A DNA stretch of 64,000 nucleotides from the human T2T-CHM13v2.0 reference genome, Homo sapiens: NCBI RefSeq assembly GCF_009914755.1, contig NC_060929.1; one strand, 5' to 3'. The notes beneath the pieces are model-generated. The model was not told where the DNA came from. It worked only from the letters and a program-made list of their open reading frames with translations, and did no database searches. Shown here piece by piece: positions 15,201-28,828 of this stretch. Numbering within the stretch: position 1 is the stretch's first letter; every line of letters starts with the position of its first letter. A program made the translations under genes and the position numbers.

Positions 15201-16849
15201 TAGAAAAAATTAATGCCAAGCACTAGTGAATGCCCAATGTATGTGATTTTAATGGATTTTAAGCATTTAAAATTGTCTGCTTGTAATTTTTCCATCCTAT
15301 TGTATAGATAGTCTAAAAATCCACCATTAAAATGAGGTAAATAATAGCAAACACAAACACTGCAGGTCATGATGTTGAATGCCAATATTCAAGTGAATCA
15401 GGAATATTACGGTAGAGCTAATAAACTAGGATAATGATAAAATATACAGGTTGATATAATTCTATATGTCTCTTTTAAGAAATAACTCTTTATAATACAT
15501 TCTAAATTCAGATTGCAGTTTCCCATCTAGCATGTAAGGCCATGATTTTGGAGCCTTCAGTATCAAAAATAAGAAGACCAGAACAATGACTACCCTAAGA
15601 ATAATAATGACTATATGAAGGCAATACAAAATGGTTTATCTGCTTTAGCTCCTGTCATTCCCACAGTTTTGTGGGTACATTTTTTTTTTTTCATTAAAAG
15701 CAAGGCTAAGTAACTTGCCCAAGGTCATGCAGATAATAGCTAACAGAGTTAACGCTAATTCCACTCAGTAATCTTAATCAGCACTCTAGCATTGTAGCTC
15801 AAATTAGAGAACACATAAGCTCCTCTTTTCTATGTGGCCATGGGGTAGTCACTAAATTCGACATGTCAACTACCCCTGGTTCAGTGCTGCTTTGAGGGGA
15901 CAGTGAGTCTTTGGAGTCCCTTTGTTTTCTGTTGACTGTGAGAGCAGGGACTCGGATTTCAGGGGACTTCGGTTTTACCACCCTCTTCCAGTAGGTCAAT
16001 GTTGGAGGTGGATAGGGAAGAGGAAAAGTTCAGATCCTTGCACAAGACAGATATGTAGGTACCTCAGTCAGTCTGGCAACATGGGCTTCCAGAAAGACCT
16101 TCAAAGTGGCCGAAATGATTGCCTCCCTGTTCTGTGTCCAATTTGCTGAATTGTGTGCATCCAGAGAATACATATGTGGACAAAAGAAATTGACTTCCTG
16201 ATTCAAAGGAAGATGAACAAGACAGATGCTAAGGAATGTTCTCCCCATTTTTTCTGTAATTGAACATTTTAGTAATCTATCCAGAAGTATTTTTAAAAGT
16301 CTTCAGAATCAAAGGCCCCACAAAAATATTTAAAGGAGTTCCAAGTAATTATATCAGTAATCTTCCTGTCCACACAATTCCCAGCTGAGCAAAATTATGA
16401 TATAAAGTTTGGAGAGCAGAGTTGTGATTTACTGTAGTAGTTACCAAAGAGATCCATCAGGTAAATTGGTAATACAAACAGCCAAATGCTCATCTGGAAT
16501 TTTATTGTGAATTGACATTTATACAGAATATGTACTCACTTTTTTATTGGGGTACTCTTGAAGTCTAATAGGAAATTGCAAGAAAGCAAGATTTAAAAAA
16601 ACAACACCCAACAGACACAGCAATGTATTTTATTTTATTTCTGCTGTGGATATTTTAACAGATACCTCAAGCTATTTAAACCTAAGCTTACTTCTCATTC
16701 AAGTTTCCTTCCATCTCTCACTTCAATTACCAACTTGCAAAGTTTCATCTCTTCTTCACTCCATTTAAAAATGGTTTGGACATTCAGTTTGAGAAAGAAT
16801 GCACCAGACAATTAAGGAGATCATTCTTTTCCTGCCCTCTAAGATCTAT

Positions 16850-17200
16850 ATCTATTCAGTCAAAAATAGTACTGGCAATTCTACATTCTAAAAGCCTCTC
16901 AAATCCATCATTCCTTCCTCATTCTCATTGCCACTGGCTACTTAACTCAGGCCCCAAACACCATTGGCTTGGACTTTTATAACAGTCTCCTGTGTCCCTC
17001 ACTGCTTACATATCTTGAATTTATGTCTTAAATTGCTGCTCCAATTATTTTTCCAAAATCACATATCTAATTATTATAGTTTCCTAATTACCACACTTTA
17101 ATGTATTCCCATGACCTAGAGGATAGTCTTAACTTTTAAGCAAGGTATTTAGGCTTCTTTACACTTTGTAACTCTATAGTCCTCATCTTCTGTGGCCCTC
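16850..17200 (+). mobile_element. L2 fragment
   Basis: Pyrimidine-rich L2-like motifs (tctcaaatccatc..ttccttcctcattctcattgccact; aacagtctcctg). Confidence 0.55.
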
Positions 17201-17269
17201 TTCAACTACTTGTCCCCAAAAGCCCACTCCTTAGATACCAGCTGTGTTGGGCTGTGCATCTCTCTCTAA

Positions 17270-17447
17270 ATTGGTGACTCTCAAAGTTAAGGGTGCATCA
17301 GAATGATGAAGAGAGCTACTAAAACACATCCCCAGAACATCAGATTCAAGAGGCCTGAATTGGGGCCTGACTCTGCATTTCTAACAAGTTTCCATGCAGT
17401 GCTGAAGATATTGGTCGGGGGACCACATTTTATGAATCAGTTCTCTA
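17270..17447. mobile_element. MER5A hAT MITE
   Basis: tctcaaagtt..tgcatcagaat..ggggcctga..tctgcatttctaacaagtt..gggaccacatt. Confidence 0.75.
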
Positions 17448-17500
17448 AAGCAAGCCAGATTTTCTATCAGGTGACACTATTTAATTCAGCTCAAAAATCA

Positions 17501-17830
<330 letters not shown>

Positions 17831-17832
17831 AT

Positions 17833-17863
<31 letters not shown>

Positions 17864-18789
17864 GGTGGATCCTGTCTTGACCAGTCCCTAAGTGTACATA
17901 GAACTTATTTTTCTTAAGCATTATTTAAAGTACACAAAGTTATGGTTTGTTAATCTGGCTGTCTTCTTCCTTTGAACCCCTTAAGGATAGAGAGTTTATT
18001 ATATTCACTTTAATATTCCCAGACTTAGCACAGTAGAGAGGAAGTAAATTTCCTTTGCTGAATGAATGAATATTGGCTGTATTATATCTGCATTCCTGAC
18101 TGGGCCGTTTTCCAGATGTAGAATTGGCCATGCTGTCTGTTAATTTTGAAAGCTGCTGGTACATGTATTTCAGTGACCTTTTGATAACATTTCACATCGC
18201 ATAACAATTCACCAAAGAGAATTTCAAAGCAATTCGAATCTTACATTCTAATGAACAAAGGAAACATACATGACAGGTAGTCAGAAATCAGTCTGATGAA
18301 ATTCAATACAACATGAAACAAAAGACTTTAAAATTATGTTGGAAGTTTTATGGGCCCCTGTCTAACATCATTTATTTGCTAAAGGTGTGGCTACCCGATG
18401 AAAACATAACTGGGATATTGTGTCAGTTAAGTGAAAAGCATCAGGTGAACGAAAAAGCAGTCAGAACAGTGGCTTGGCAATGTGTTGACTGTAGCTGATT
18501 TATTGTTTCACCTTCCACTGGTTTTTCTTTCATTGTGTCAACACAGTTTACAGGGCACATATGGATTTATATGATCCACAGAGATAAGGAAAGAATTCTT
18601 AGGGAAGGCTGAACTCTTTTCTTGCTTTTAACTCACAAAAGTCACTGATCCAAAGTCACTGATTGGGCAACAAAGTGCCAAGTAAGGAGTCGGGGCCAAA
18701 AATCTTCCATTTGATTGTGTACGTAATAACTGGAACTCTTGCTCAGATTTTCAGAAGAACGTTTCACAACACAGACAGCAAGACCCAGA

Positions 18790-19650
18790 GGTGTGAAAGA
18801 GTGGGACAGACTGGAATGGACTGAGGGTGGGAGATGGAACTGGGTAGGAAAGCTGGTTCCAAATTGTGAGCGGCCTTGCGTGTCATGCCAAGGAGTCTGA
18901 ATTTGATTCTGCAGGCATTTGGGAGCCACTGACCTAATTCCAGTTTGAGAATTAGAGAAGCTAGGAGCAGAAAGACTAATTATAAGGCTACTGCAAGAGA
19001 CTGGAACTTGAGCCAATGCAGGGAATTGAGGATGGTCAGAGAAAGAATTTATAAAACTTAATGACCATGTTAGTCAGGGTTCTCCAGAGACACAGAACAA
19101 ATAGAATGTGTGTGTGTGGGTGAGTGTGTGCGTGTGTGTGTGTGTGTGCGTGTGCACACGTGCATCTGAATTGGTTTACTTGATTATGGAGGCTGGAAAG
19201 TCCAAAATTAGCAGGGTAGGCTAACAAACTGGAGACCCAGGGAAGAGTTGATGTTGCAGTTCAAACCTGAACTCTGTCTGCTGGCAGAATTTCTACTTTC
19301 CCCTGGGGAGGTCAGTCTGTTGTTCTATTAAGGCTTTTAACTGATTAAATGAGGCCCACCCATATTAGAGAAAGTAATCTGCTTTACTAAAAGCCCACCA
19401 ATTTAAATGTCAATCTCATCCAAAAAACACCCTCATAGAAACATCCAGAATAGTACTTGACCAAATATCTAGGGCCTGTGGCCCATCCCAACTGACATGT
19501 AAAATTAAGCATCACAGTGACCGATTGGATGAAGGGCTTAAGAGTGAAGAAAATAAATAATAGATGGTTCTGCGGTTTTCAGCTTGGATAAATTGAGTGA
19601 ATGGTGATGCTTTTAACTAAGACAGGATTCCTGAGAAGAGGGCGAAATTT
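18790..19650 (-). mobile_element. L2 fragment split by the MLT2 LTR
   Basis: Purine-rich antisense L2 motifs on both sides (gccaaggagtctgaatttgattct..gggagccactg; ggttttcagcttgg..tgaatggtgatgc). Confidence 0.6.
19066..19516 (-). mobile_element. MLT2 (ERVL) solo LTR with internal (TG)n
   Basis: ttagtcagggttctccagagacacagaac...aaaattaagcatcaca; 5-bp TSD atgac/gtgac. Confidence 0.88.
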
Positions 19651-20482
19651 TGGTTAGAGAAGACTTTTTCTTATTCAAGAAGCATTTATTGATCATCAAC
19701 CTTGCACCAAGCACTAAGTTAAATATTTCTTCTTTTGGTGTAGGAGAGGGAATAAGTACGTAGAAAATACCGTATGAAGAGAAGCCATTGCGTAATGATT
19801 CAGCTGTGCTTTAGAGGCAGAGACACTTAAGCTCTGTAACTTGGACCACCTGCTTAACCTGTCCTAGTGTCATTTACATATATAGTACCTGGCACATAGT
19901 AGTTTATCAAGAAATATCTCCAGAATGCTTAGCTATGTTTTTACTGTATTGATTGTTGAAATTAATGTAGAATGCTAAACAAATATGAGACAGATTTTTC
20001 CCTGGTGCCATGACAGTGTCAGAGGACATGGTTCCTGGGAGGGTACTAAGTGACTCTGTCTTGTGTTATAGTATGCTTTAGATCCATAGTGGCTTGAAGC
20101 AGATAACTCCCAAAGGAACTCTGTTAGAACCAGAGAATAACTCAGGCACTGGTCTCACTAGGGCATATTATTCACTTGTGTAAACAACATTTAAAATACC
20201 TAGCAGTGGATATATAATATTTTATTAAAGTTCATAAAGGTCATAAATGAGTTTAAAATCTAGAAAACAAATTCAGTCTTCTTTAAAATTATTTAATTAT
20301 AGCTGCTAAAATTACATACCGATATCCACATTTATATATATATGAACTCAGCTAATCAGTATGGAAGTAGATTTTACCAGTTGGTGTAATAATTTAGTAT
20401 ACTTTGACTACTCCTTATATGAATAGACACTATAAACTGGATAGATGATGGATGTTTCAAAATAGAGGTAATGTTCTAAAAT

Positions 20483-20680
20483 AAGGGTCAGAAAACTGTG
20501 GCCCATGGGCCAAATATGTTTTATCGCCTGTTTTTATCAATAAAGTTTTATTGGAAAACTGCCACACTCATTTGTTTAGTCTTGTCATCTATGGTTGTAT
20601 TTGCTCTACAATGGTAGAATTGAGTAATAAGAGACCATATGGACGGCAAAGGCTTTACAGAAAATGTTTGCTGACCCCTG
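20483..20680 (+). mobile_element. MER58A hAT MITE
   Basis: gggtcagaaaactgtggcccatgggccaaat..aataaagttttattggaa..tttacagaaaatgtttgctgacccctg. Confidence 0.88.
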
Positions 20681-20820
20681 CTCTGAAAGGATTTTGGAAA
20701 GTTGGCTTTACACTAGAGTTCAAAAAAGTACAGATGCTATAAAGGCCAAGCATAAGGGCAACTGTACATGTTTTATGCTGGTAAGATGGAAAGGAGAATT
20801 GGAGGAATGGTGAGACCAGG

Positions 20821-21232
20821 CAATATAGTTTGGAAGTTTGTCCCTTTGAAATCTCATGTTGAAATGTGATTTCCAATGTTGGAGGTGGGGCCTGGTGGGA
20901 GATAATTAGATCATGGAGGTGTATCTCTCAGGAATGGTTTTGCACCATCCTCTTGGTGATAAATGAGTTCAGTTTGTGTAAGATCCGGTTATTTAAAAGA
21001 GTCTGGGACCTCCTGCTTTGTTCTCTTTGCTTCCTCTCTCATCATATGATGTGCTGCCTTCCCCTTTGCCTTCCACCATGACTGTAAGCTTCCTGAGGCC
21101 TCACCAGAAGCAGATGCCAGCACCCTACTTCCTGTACAGCTTGCAGAACTGTGAGTCAATTAAACATCTTTTCTTTATAAATTACCCAGCCCCAGGTATT
21201 ACTTTATAGCAAAGCAAGAATGGCCTAATACA
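20821..21232 (+). mobile_element. MST (MSTA/MSTB, ERVL-MaLR) solo LTR
   Basis: aaatctcatgttgaa..ggaggtggggcctggtgggag..aaattacccag..gaatggcctaataca; flanks ccagg/ctggg both derivable from a ccggg TSD by CpG decay. Confidence 0.9.
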
Positions 21233-21416
21233 CTGGGGAAAACTAGAATGTATGAATGGCATCAAAGGACTGTAGCTGATAATCCATTCTTGCTTGTTTT
21301 TGCCAAAGAGAAACAGAAAGGGAAATACAAGCCCCAGCATACCACTTCTTCCAAATTGAGAAAGGAAGCCAGGTTTCCATTTCTTTAATAAAATTTTCAG
21401 GTTCGTGTCATTTTCA

Positions 21417-21712
<296 letters not shown>

Positions 21713-22619
21713 GAAACTTGGGGAAATACTATTGTGAAACAATAGATAATAGATGGAATGAAAAAAATGATACAGCTGATTCTGATTTTACAGATTTTTT
21801 CTTCTTTATGCACAGGCCTCAGTGGCCAGATTGAAACTAGGCAATGTAAAGAATGACAGACAGCATGGAAGGAAAAAAGCACCAGGCACATCCATCAATT
21901 TCAACATAAACCCTATCACTTCCAAGGAGATGATGTCTGAAAAGAGGGAGGACAGACATGGCAATGCCTGCAGGAGGCTGAGCAACTGAAAGAAGCAGAA
22001 AAAGTGCATTTACCTGAGCTGCCAAATCACAGCAGATGGTGAGATCTGAAGGGAGATAAACATTAAGGCCTGGAAAGCAAGCAATTCATCCTGTCAGCTT
22101 TCAAGGGCTGGTACAGCTGAAAGATCAGCCCAAGAACTAGATGGAAACTGTACAACAGTGGTGTTTGACAACAGTGAAGCCTGTCTATCAGATGGATGAT
22201 GGAGAGGTAACCTGCTGAGGGGAGTGAAATCCCTTTAGCAATGGGAAGCACCCCCAAAACTGCTTGGGGTTAAAGAGCAGAAATTAACCAGATGTGAGAA
22301 ATTGAAAGAAAATAGGGCGTGCTGTACAGCAAAAACAAATTGGCAGACAAATGAAGTGATAGCTCTCTTCAGGTAGAATACAGAGGAGTGAGATAGGCTT
22401 GAGCTAAGAGAGAACCTGTAGGTTCTGGTTTGGTTTGTCTGGTTTCTAGCTCCCAAGGTGACATGGAGGATCTTTAGTTGCTGCCTGAAGCAGCAGGATG
22501 ATGGAGCTGGGATAGCTGGTTCTGCAGTGTAATTTTGAGAGGCTGCCTCAGTCCTGCCCCGTATTCATTCATTTATTTATTGGTGTGCCCATTGATTCAT
22601 TTATTTATTGGAGTGATGC

Positions 22620-22880
22620 TTCTTGCATTTGTTTCATAAATGTCTACTTAGATGAGTGCCTTATTGTGTGTCAGACACTGTCCTTGGTGCTGGAGATAGC
22701 ACACTGAACAAGACGAATTTCCTTCCTCCTGGAGCATATATATTCTACTAGGGAAGACACCATTTAATAGCTATGTGTTCATTTCTTCATTTTTCTCTTT
22801 TATAAAAAGGACATAATCATATTTATATTTACTTATAGGGCACTGTGAGAATTATTGAGAAATTTCTATAAGGCATAGCA
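22620..22880. mobile_element. L2 3'-end (minus) and adjacent MIR fragment
   Basis: gagtgccttattgtgtgtcagacactgtcc..tgctggagatagc..tgaacaagac; taaaaaggacataatc..gtgagaatt. Confidence 0.55.
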
Positions 22881-23004
22881 GAGAGTCTGTCTGAATTACC
22901 ATAATTAACATTTTTATATCTGTTTCCCAGGCTCTGTTGATATTATCTTATAAACAGATTTGATGATGCCACTCCCTTCTTTGAAGTCTTTTTATTGTCT
23001 AGAG

Positions 23005-23224
23005 CAGGAGTCAACAAACTTTTTCTGTAAAGGTTTAAATAGTAAATATGTTAGGTTTTGTGGGCCATGCAGTCTCAGTCACAAGTCTTTAATTCTGCCA
23101 CTGTAGTGCAAAAGCAGCTATAGTCATATGTAAATGAATGTGAGTGACTGTGTTCTAATAAAGCTTAATTACAAAAACAGGTGGTGGGCCAGGATCAGCC
23201 CACTGCTGTAGTTGGTCATTCTGA
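23005..23224 (-). mobile_element. MER58A hAT MITE
   Basis: caggagtcaacaaacttttttctgtaaagg..atagtaaatat..acaaaaacaggtggtgggccagg. Confidence 0.88.
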
Positions 23225-23853
23225 TCTAGCCCAGAGCATGAGATTCCAAGTCTTTAGGACTGTATAGCATAAAATCTCATTCCCAGTTATAATTCCATCT
23301 AATGATCCTCTATCCCTGTGATTAAAGTAAATAGCTTGATATTTTCTGATTTCATAACATACTTTCTTATCTATCTTTTAATAGTTAATAATGTGCTTAT
23401 TATAGATAAATAATGCAGAGGTACTTAAAATTGAATGAGAACCTCCTATGCATACTATTGTGTCACTCTAATTTTTCATTCATAAAGATTTCATCTAATA
23501 CATCATTTCTATATCATTCTTTTAAACGGTTGCTTATTAACCCCTGTACAGATGAATCAGAATTTATTTAACCAGTCACTCTGCCCTTCAAGCTTGCTCA
23601 CCCTGCACATGTTGCATCTTCTGCCTTAAGAAACTTAATTTGCCTATTTGGCAATCTTCCTGGGCTCAAGAATGAGGTTAAATGTAAGTTTCTCTGTGAA
23701 ACCTGCCCTTCACTCTCTGGGTAAAATTTACTCTGCTCTCATTTACTTTATATATAATTCCACTATGGCCCTTTAAGAGTCTGGAGTGGAGGGCCATGTG
23801 CTAGCTAATAGTGATACATAAAATTTAAATAGTGTTTACTAGGTGCCAGGTGC

Positions 23854-24150
23854 TTTTTTTTTTTTTTCAGTTGGGGGTCTCACTCTGTCACCCAGGCTGG
23901 AGAGCAGTAGTGCCATCAAATCTCACTGCAGCCTCGAACTTCTGGGCTCAAGAGATCCTCCTGCCTCAGCCTCTTAAGTAGCTGGGACTACAGTCATGTG
24001 GTATCCCATCTGGCTACGTTTTAAATCTTTTTGTAGAGATGGGAGCTCACTGTGTTGCCCAGGCTGGTCTTTAACTCCTGGGCTCATGCAATCCTCCTAC
24101 CTCAGCCTCCTGAAGTGTGGAGATTACAGGTGTGAACCATCATGCTTAGC
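23854..24150 (-). mobile_element. Alu SINE (AluJ-like) inserted in a MIR remnant
   Basis: poly(T) then antisense Alu; TSD tgccaggtgc (23844-23853) / tgccgggtac (24151-24160). Confidence 0.92.
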
Positions 24151-25159
24151 TGCCGGGTACTGTTAAAAGCACTTGATCTGCATTAACTACTCCTAAGGAA
24201 TCTGTTTTCTTGATGCCATGATTGAAGCACCGGTTATGATGTGTTTTACTTTAGTATTCTAAATTTTAAAGAAAGTAAGTTGGTTTTTTTTTTCTGTTAC
24301 TTGAAAGCAAAGGAATCCTACCTTACACAGTATTCAGGATCTCCCAGCACTGTGCATTGACTCTGGCAGGTGCAATGTAAAAGCTGCCTTGTGGCTTCTT
24401 TAGAGAATGAAGCTTCCTGACTGTGGTCATCAGGCCTTAATACTTTCCTATCACCAGGGGCCAGGATAATAATTTGCTCATGGTGGAATCTCAGTAACTA
24501 TCTTCCTTGTGAGTTAATGACTCAGCTACAGAGATGAGATAATTTACTGAATGGAAAGGGAGTTGGACAACTCAATATCTTTTCTGAGCTCAGTTTCTTT
24601 GTCTTCTAAGGGTTTATTGTTTTAACTGCTTTGTTGATGTAAAAGATTAGGGGTGAAGGACATGGTGACATTACAGACTTGAGCACTAACAATTCAAGTT
24701 CTAGCCTAAGTTGCAATTTTTCAGAACTCAAGTGCTTAGGAGAGCCTTAATTTAGAATGCAGTTATAATCTACATTATATGAAATTTTAAAAATCTACAG
24801 TGATTTTTAAATATTTTTTTTACAAAGACACCTGGCTTAGGATGTATCCAAGATATTCATAGGTGATAAAGCTCTGTAGAGACCTGGTTTCCTGGCAGCT
24901 CATCAATGCCTATTGGCATCCTCCTTTGAACTCCAGTATTCAAATGAACAAAGGTGGCATCCACCACCAAAGAAGTGAAGTCAAATTGAGTATCTCACAG
25001 CACCACACATTTCCATGTTGGCGAGAGTGGAGAGTAGTCATTGACTTCTGATTTATTGATAGCTATAGCAATGGATCTCACACAGGCAGTAAGTTAAGGG
25101 CAATCCTGCACTCACAACATTGTATTTTATGGCTTCCTTGGCGTGACAGGATAAGCTGA

Positions 25160-25370
25160 TAATAACAACTATTATTCATAAAGCCAGGTACTATGCAAAA
25201 TGCATTACAAATATTTTCTCCTTTAATCCTGATAACAACACTAGGATGTAGGTATTTTTATCCCTATGTTACAGATGAGTAAATTGAGACCTAGGTTAAG
25301 TCTCTTAATTTACTAACGGTCATACTAATAGTGATAGAGTTGCATTTGAGTCTCTCTGACTCCAGGCCCA
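25160..25370 (-). mobile_element. MIR SINE
   Basis: tttaatcctgataacaac..gtaggtatt..ttacagatgagtaaattgagacc (antisense MIR core). Confidence 0.8.
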
Positions 25371-25967
25371 TGTCGTTTCACTGAAGCCATCATGACATGG
25401 GAATTCAAATAGAAAAGTTGTTTATGACTCTTTCTGTTTTCTTAAGAGAATCTGGATTCAGTTTCAACTTATACATCATTTAGGAAGGGAATCAGAAACT
25501 CCAAGTTGTTATTCTTCAACCCTGTAACCCAAAGCGTTCGATTAATAGAACTAGTGAACATTTTGAGCTATTTATAATAGTATAAACCCTTCTCTCTTCA
25601 AGAGCCTGAGGATATGGGAGATTATTGCCTTGTTGAGAAATTCCAGGAATGGGAACAAATAGAGAAAAAGGCAGAAAAAGGAGAACTGCTGAGATATATA
25701 TTCATTTTCCTCAGTATGAAGGCAATTCACGTAATGACTCAGTTATATAACTGATACTGCTTTTGTATGACTTGAGGTCAAATGAATGGTATCCCTAACA
25801 ATTGCCCGTGTCCCTACAGCCAAGGAGATGCCCCCAGATGCCTAGATATGCATGCCTCAAGAGCACAGTGGAACTTGTAGGGACACATTATGTTTACTGG
25901 CTGCCACCCTGGAATTGCCCCAGTGGGTGGAAGAGAGCACGACTTATACTGTCAGTAGCCTCTGTTA

Positions 25968-26447
25968 GTATAAGGCTTTCAGGAGACAATTCTCCATAGG
26001 TGTCTCATGCTTCGGCATACCTTGCCAGCAGAGGCACTATCTTTTCAGGGACACCTGCATAACAAACAGCCATGGAAGATAGAGATGGCATCTCTCTTGA
26101 GCTGACGACTGGTTTGCTTATTGTCCAGTATAATATAATGTTTCCCTTGGGGGCAAGGCCCAGGCAGGTTTGCTTGTAGCACATTATAAAAAATATACGA
26201 GTTCCCTACACTTAATGTCCCTCAGCCGGGATGCAAACCAACTGTATTCTTATCCCCCTGAAGCAATGTGTCACCTCATGGGCCTTGGAGTGCAAGGTGA
26301 ATGGCTATGAACAAGAAGCTCATGTGGTTTGCTGTGCTGTGAGTAATGAAGTCCTTTGTTTCTGCCCCAGGAGTCTCATGTCTTTTGCCAGGTTAACTTG
26401 TTAGCTTTCAAGCAGGGTAAAATCTCAGGTCCTTCACAGTTCTCAAC
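25968..26447 (+). mobile_element. ERV1-class solo LTR (MER89/MER90-like)
   Basis: gagacaattctccat..agcagaggcact..ggaagatagagat..cagggtaaaatctcag..cttcacagttctcaaca; subfamily uncertain. Confidence 0.7.
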
Positions 26448-26689
26448 AAAAGCCTACCAATCTAAAACTCTATAGAGTCCAAGACTGTCTTAGTGTTACA
26501 TTTAGATAAACACAGCCCAGTAAAGAGCCTTATTCTTTATTATATATCTTGAACAAACTTAAAAAAAATGGTGGTAGTAGTGGTGCATTGCTCATAGCAA
26601 CTTTTATTAAAACTCTCCTAACTCTTGAAATTCCTGAAGCTTCTCATTTTCCTGGCCTCAAACAAAATCTTTCTTATTCATGTGCCATG

Positions 26690-28828
26690 TGAGAAGGTAG
26701 AGCAAGATGGCAGAATAGGAAGTCCCCTGGATGTCTGCCTTCCACCCCCCACCTGCGAGGACACCAAGTTAACAACTAGCTACACAGAAGAAACACCTTT
26801 TATAAGTACTGCAATCTGGCAGTACTCCTCGTGGCCTGGGGTGGTGGTGATTTTTTAAGAATGAAAAATCAGTACTCCTAGTACCTGGTTGTAACTTCAT
26901 ATCATTGAAAGGGGCAATGAGGAGATAAAAAACAGTCCTGAATCACTGATGCGATCCCTCTCCCACCCTGGCAGCCCCTGCGTGGTACAGAGATCACCCT
27001 GTGTCTCTAAGTAAGCTTGAAAGGCAGTCTAGGCCATAAGGACTGCAACTCTTAGGTGAGTCCTAGGGCTGAATTAGGCCCAATGACAGTGGACTAGGGG
27101 GGCACGCGGCATACTGGGACACCAACTGGAGCAGCCAAGGGAGTGCTTGCATCACCCCTCTCCTAACCCCAGGCTGTACAGCTCAGGGCTCCGAAAGAGA
27201 CTCCTTCCTTCTACATGAGAGAAAGAGCAGGAAAAGTGGGGAGGACTTTGTCTTGCGTATTGGATACCAGCTCAGCCACAGCAGGATAGGACACTGGTCA
27301 GAGCTGGGAGGCCCACATTCCAGGCCCTAACTCCCAGACGAGATTTCTAGACACACCCTGAGCCAGAAGGAAATCTGCTGCCTTGAAGGAAAGGACTCAG
27401 TCCTGGCAGCATTCATCAACTGCTAACTGAAGAGCCCTGGGTCTTGAATAACCAGCAGCGATATGTCAGGGTACTATGTCAAGGGCCTTGGGTGAGCCTC
27501 TGAGACTTGCTGGTTTCAGTTGAGACTCAGCATATTACCAGCTGTGGTGGCTATGGGGCAAAACCTCTTCTGCTTCAGAAAAGCAGAGTGAAAGGTAAAG
27601 GAGATTTTGTCTTGCACCTTACATGCCTGCACAGCCACAGCGCAGTAGGGCACCAAGCAAGTGGGCTCTTGGGGTCCTTGATTCCAGGACTTGCCTCTTG
27701 GATGGCATTTCTAGACCTGCCCTGGACAGAGGGGAGCTCACTGCCCTGGTGGACTCACCTTAGGGTGAGTCCTAGGCCAGGCAGCATTCATGACAAGATG
27801 ACTTAAGAGCCCTTGGACTTTGAGGGAACATTGGCAATCTGGCAGTACTCCTCGTGGCCTGGGGTGGTGGTGACTATGGGGTGAGGCCCTTTTGCCTTTG
27901 GAAAGGGGAGGGAAGAATGGGAAGGACTGAATCATGTAGCTTGGGTGCCAGCTCAGCTGCAATACAATAAAACACCAGGTAAACTTCTAAGGTTTTTGAC
28001 TCTAGTCCCTGACTCCTGGATGGCACTTCTGAACCCATTAGGGGTCTGTGGGACCTTGCTACCCTGAAGGGAAGGACACAGGCCTGGCTGGCTTTGCTAC
28101 CTGCTGATTGCAGAGCCCCAGGGCCTTGAGTGAATATAGGCAGTAGCCAGGGAATGGTTACAGCAGGACTTGGGCGAGACATAGCACTGTGCTGGCTTCA
28201 GGCCTGACCCAGTGCAGTCACAGTGGTGGTGGCCACAGGAGTGCTTGTATCACTCCACCCCCCATGTTAGGTGGGGGAGGGGGGGAGAGAGAGAGAGAGA
28301 CAGAGAGACAGAGAGACTCTGTATGTTTGGGAGAATGTAAGGGAAGGGAACAAGAGTTTTTATCCAATAATCCAGAGAATTCTCCTGGATGTTATCCAAG
28401 ACCATCTAGGTGGTACCTCTACAGCTCTGCAAGAACCACAGCGTAACTGGACTTGGGGTGCCCCCTAAGGCACATACAGCCTAGATCACAGCACCCAAGT
28501 CCTTTCAAATATCTGAAAAGCCTTCCCAAGAAGGACAGCTACAAATAAGCCCAGTGAAGACGACAATACATACCTAACCCTTCAATCCCCAGACAATGAA
28601 GAACATCTACTAGCATCAACACCATCCAGGAAAACATGACTTCATCAAACAAACTAAATAAGGTACCAAGAACCAACCCTGGAGAAACAGAGATATGTGA
28701 CCTTTCAGACAGAGAATTCAAAATAGCTGGGTTGAGGAACTCGAAAAAGTTCAAGATGACACAGAGAAGGAATTCAAAATTTTATCAGATGAATTTAACA
28801 AAGAGATTGAAGTAATGAAAAAGAATAA
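26690..28828 (+). mobile_element. L1PB/L1MA-type 5'UTR plus start of ORF1; 3' part absent
   Basis: agcaagatggcagaatagga start; GC-rich repeated UTR modules; caggaaaacatgac..atgtgacctttcagacagagaattcaaaatagc (ORF1 N-terminus); homology ends abruptly. Confidence 0.85.
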
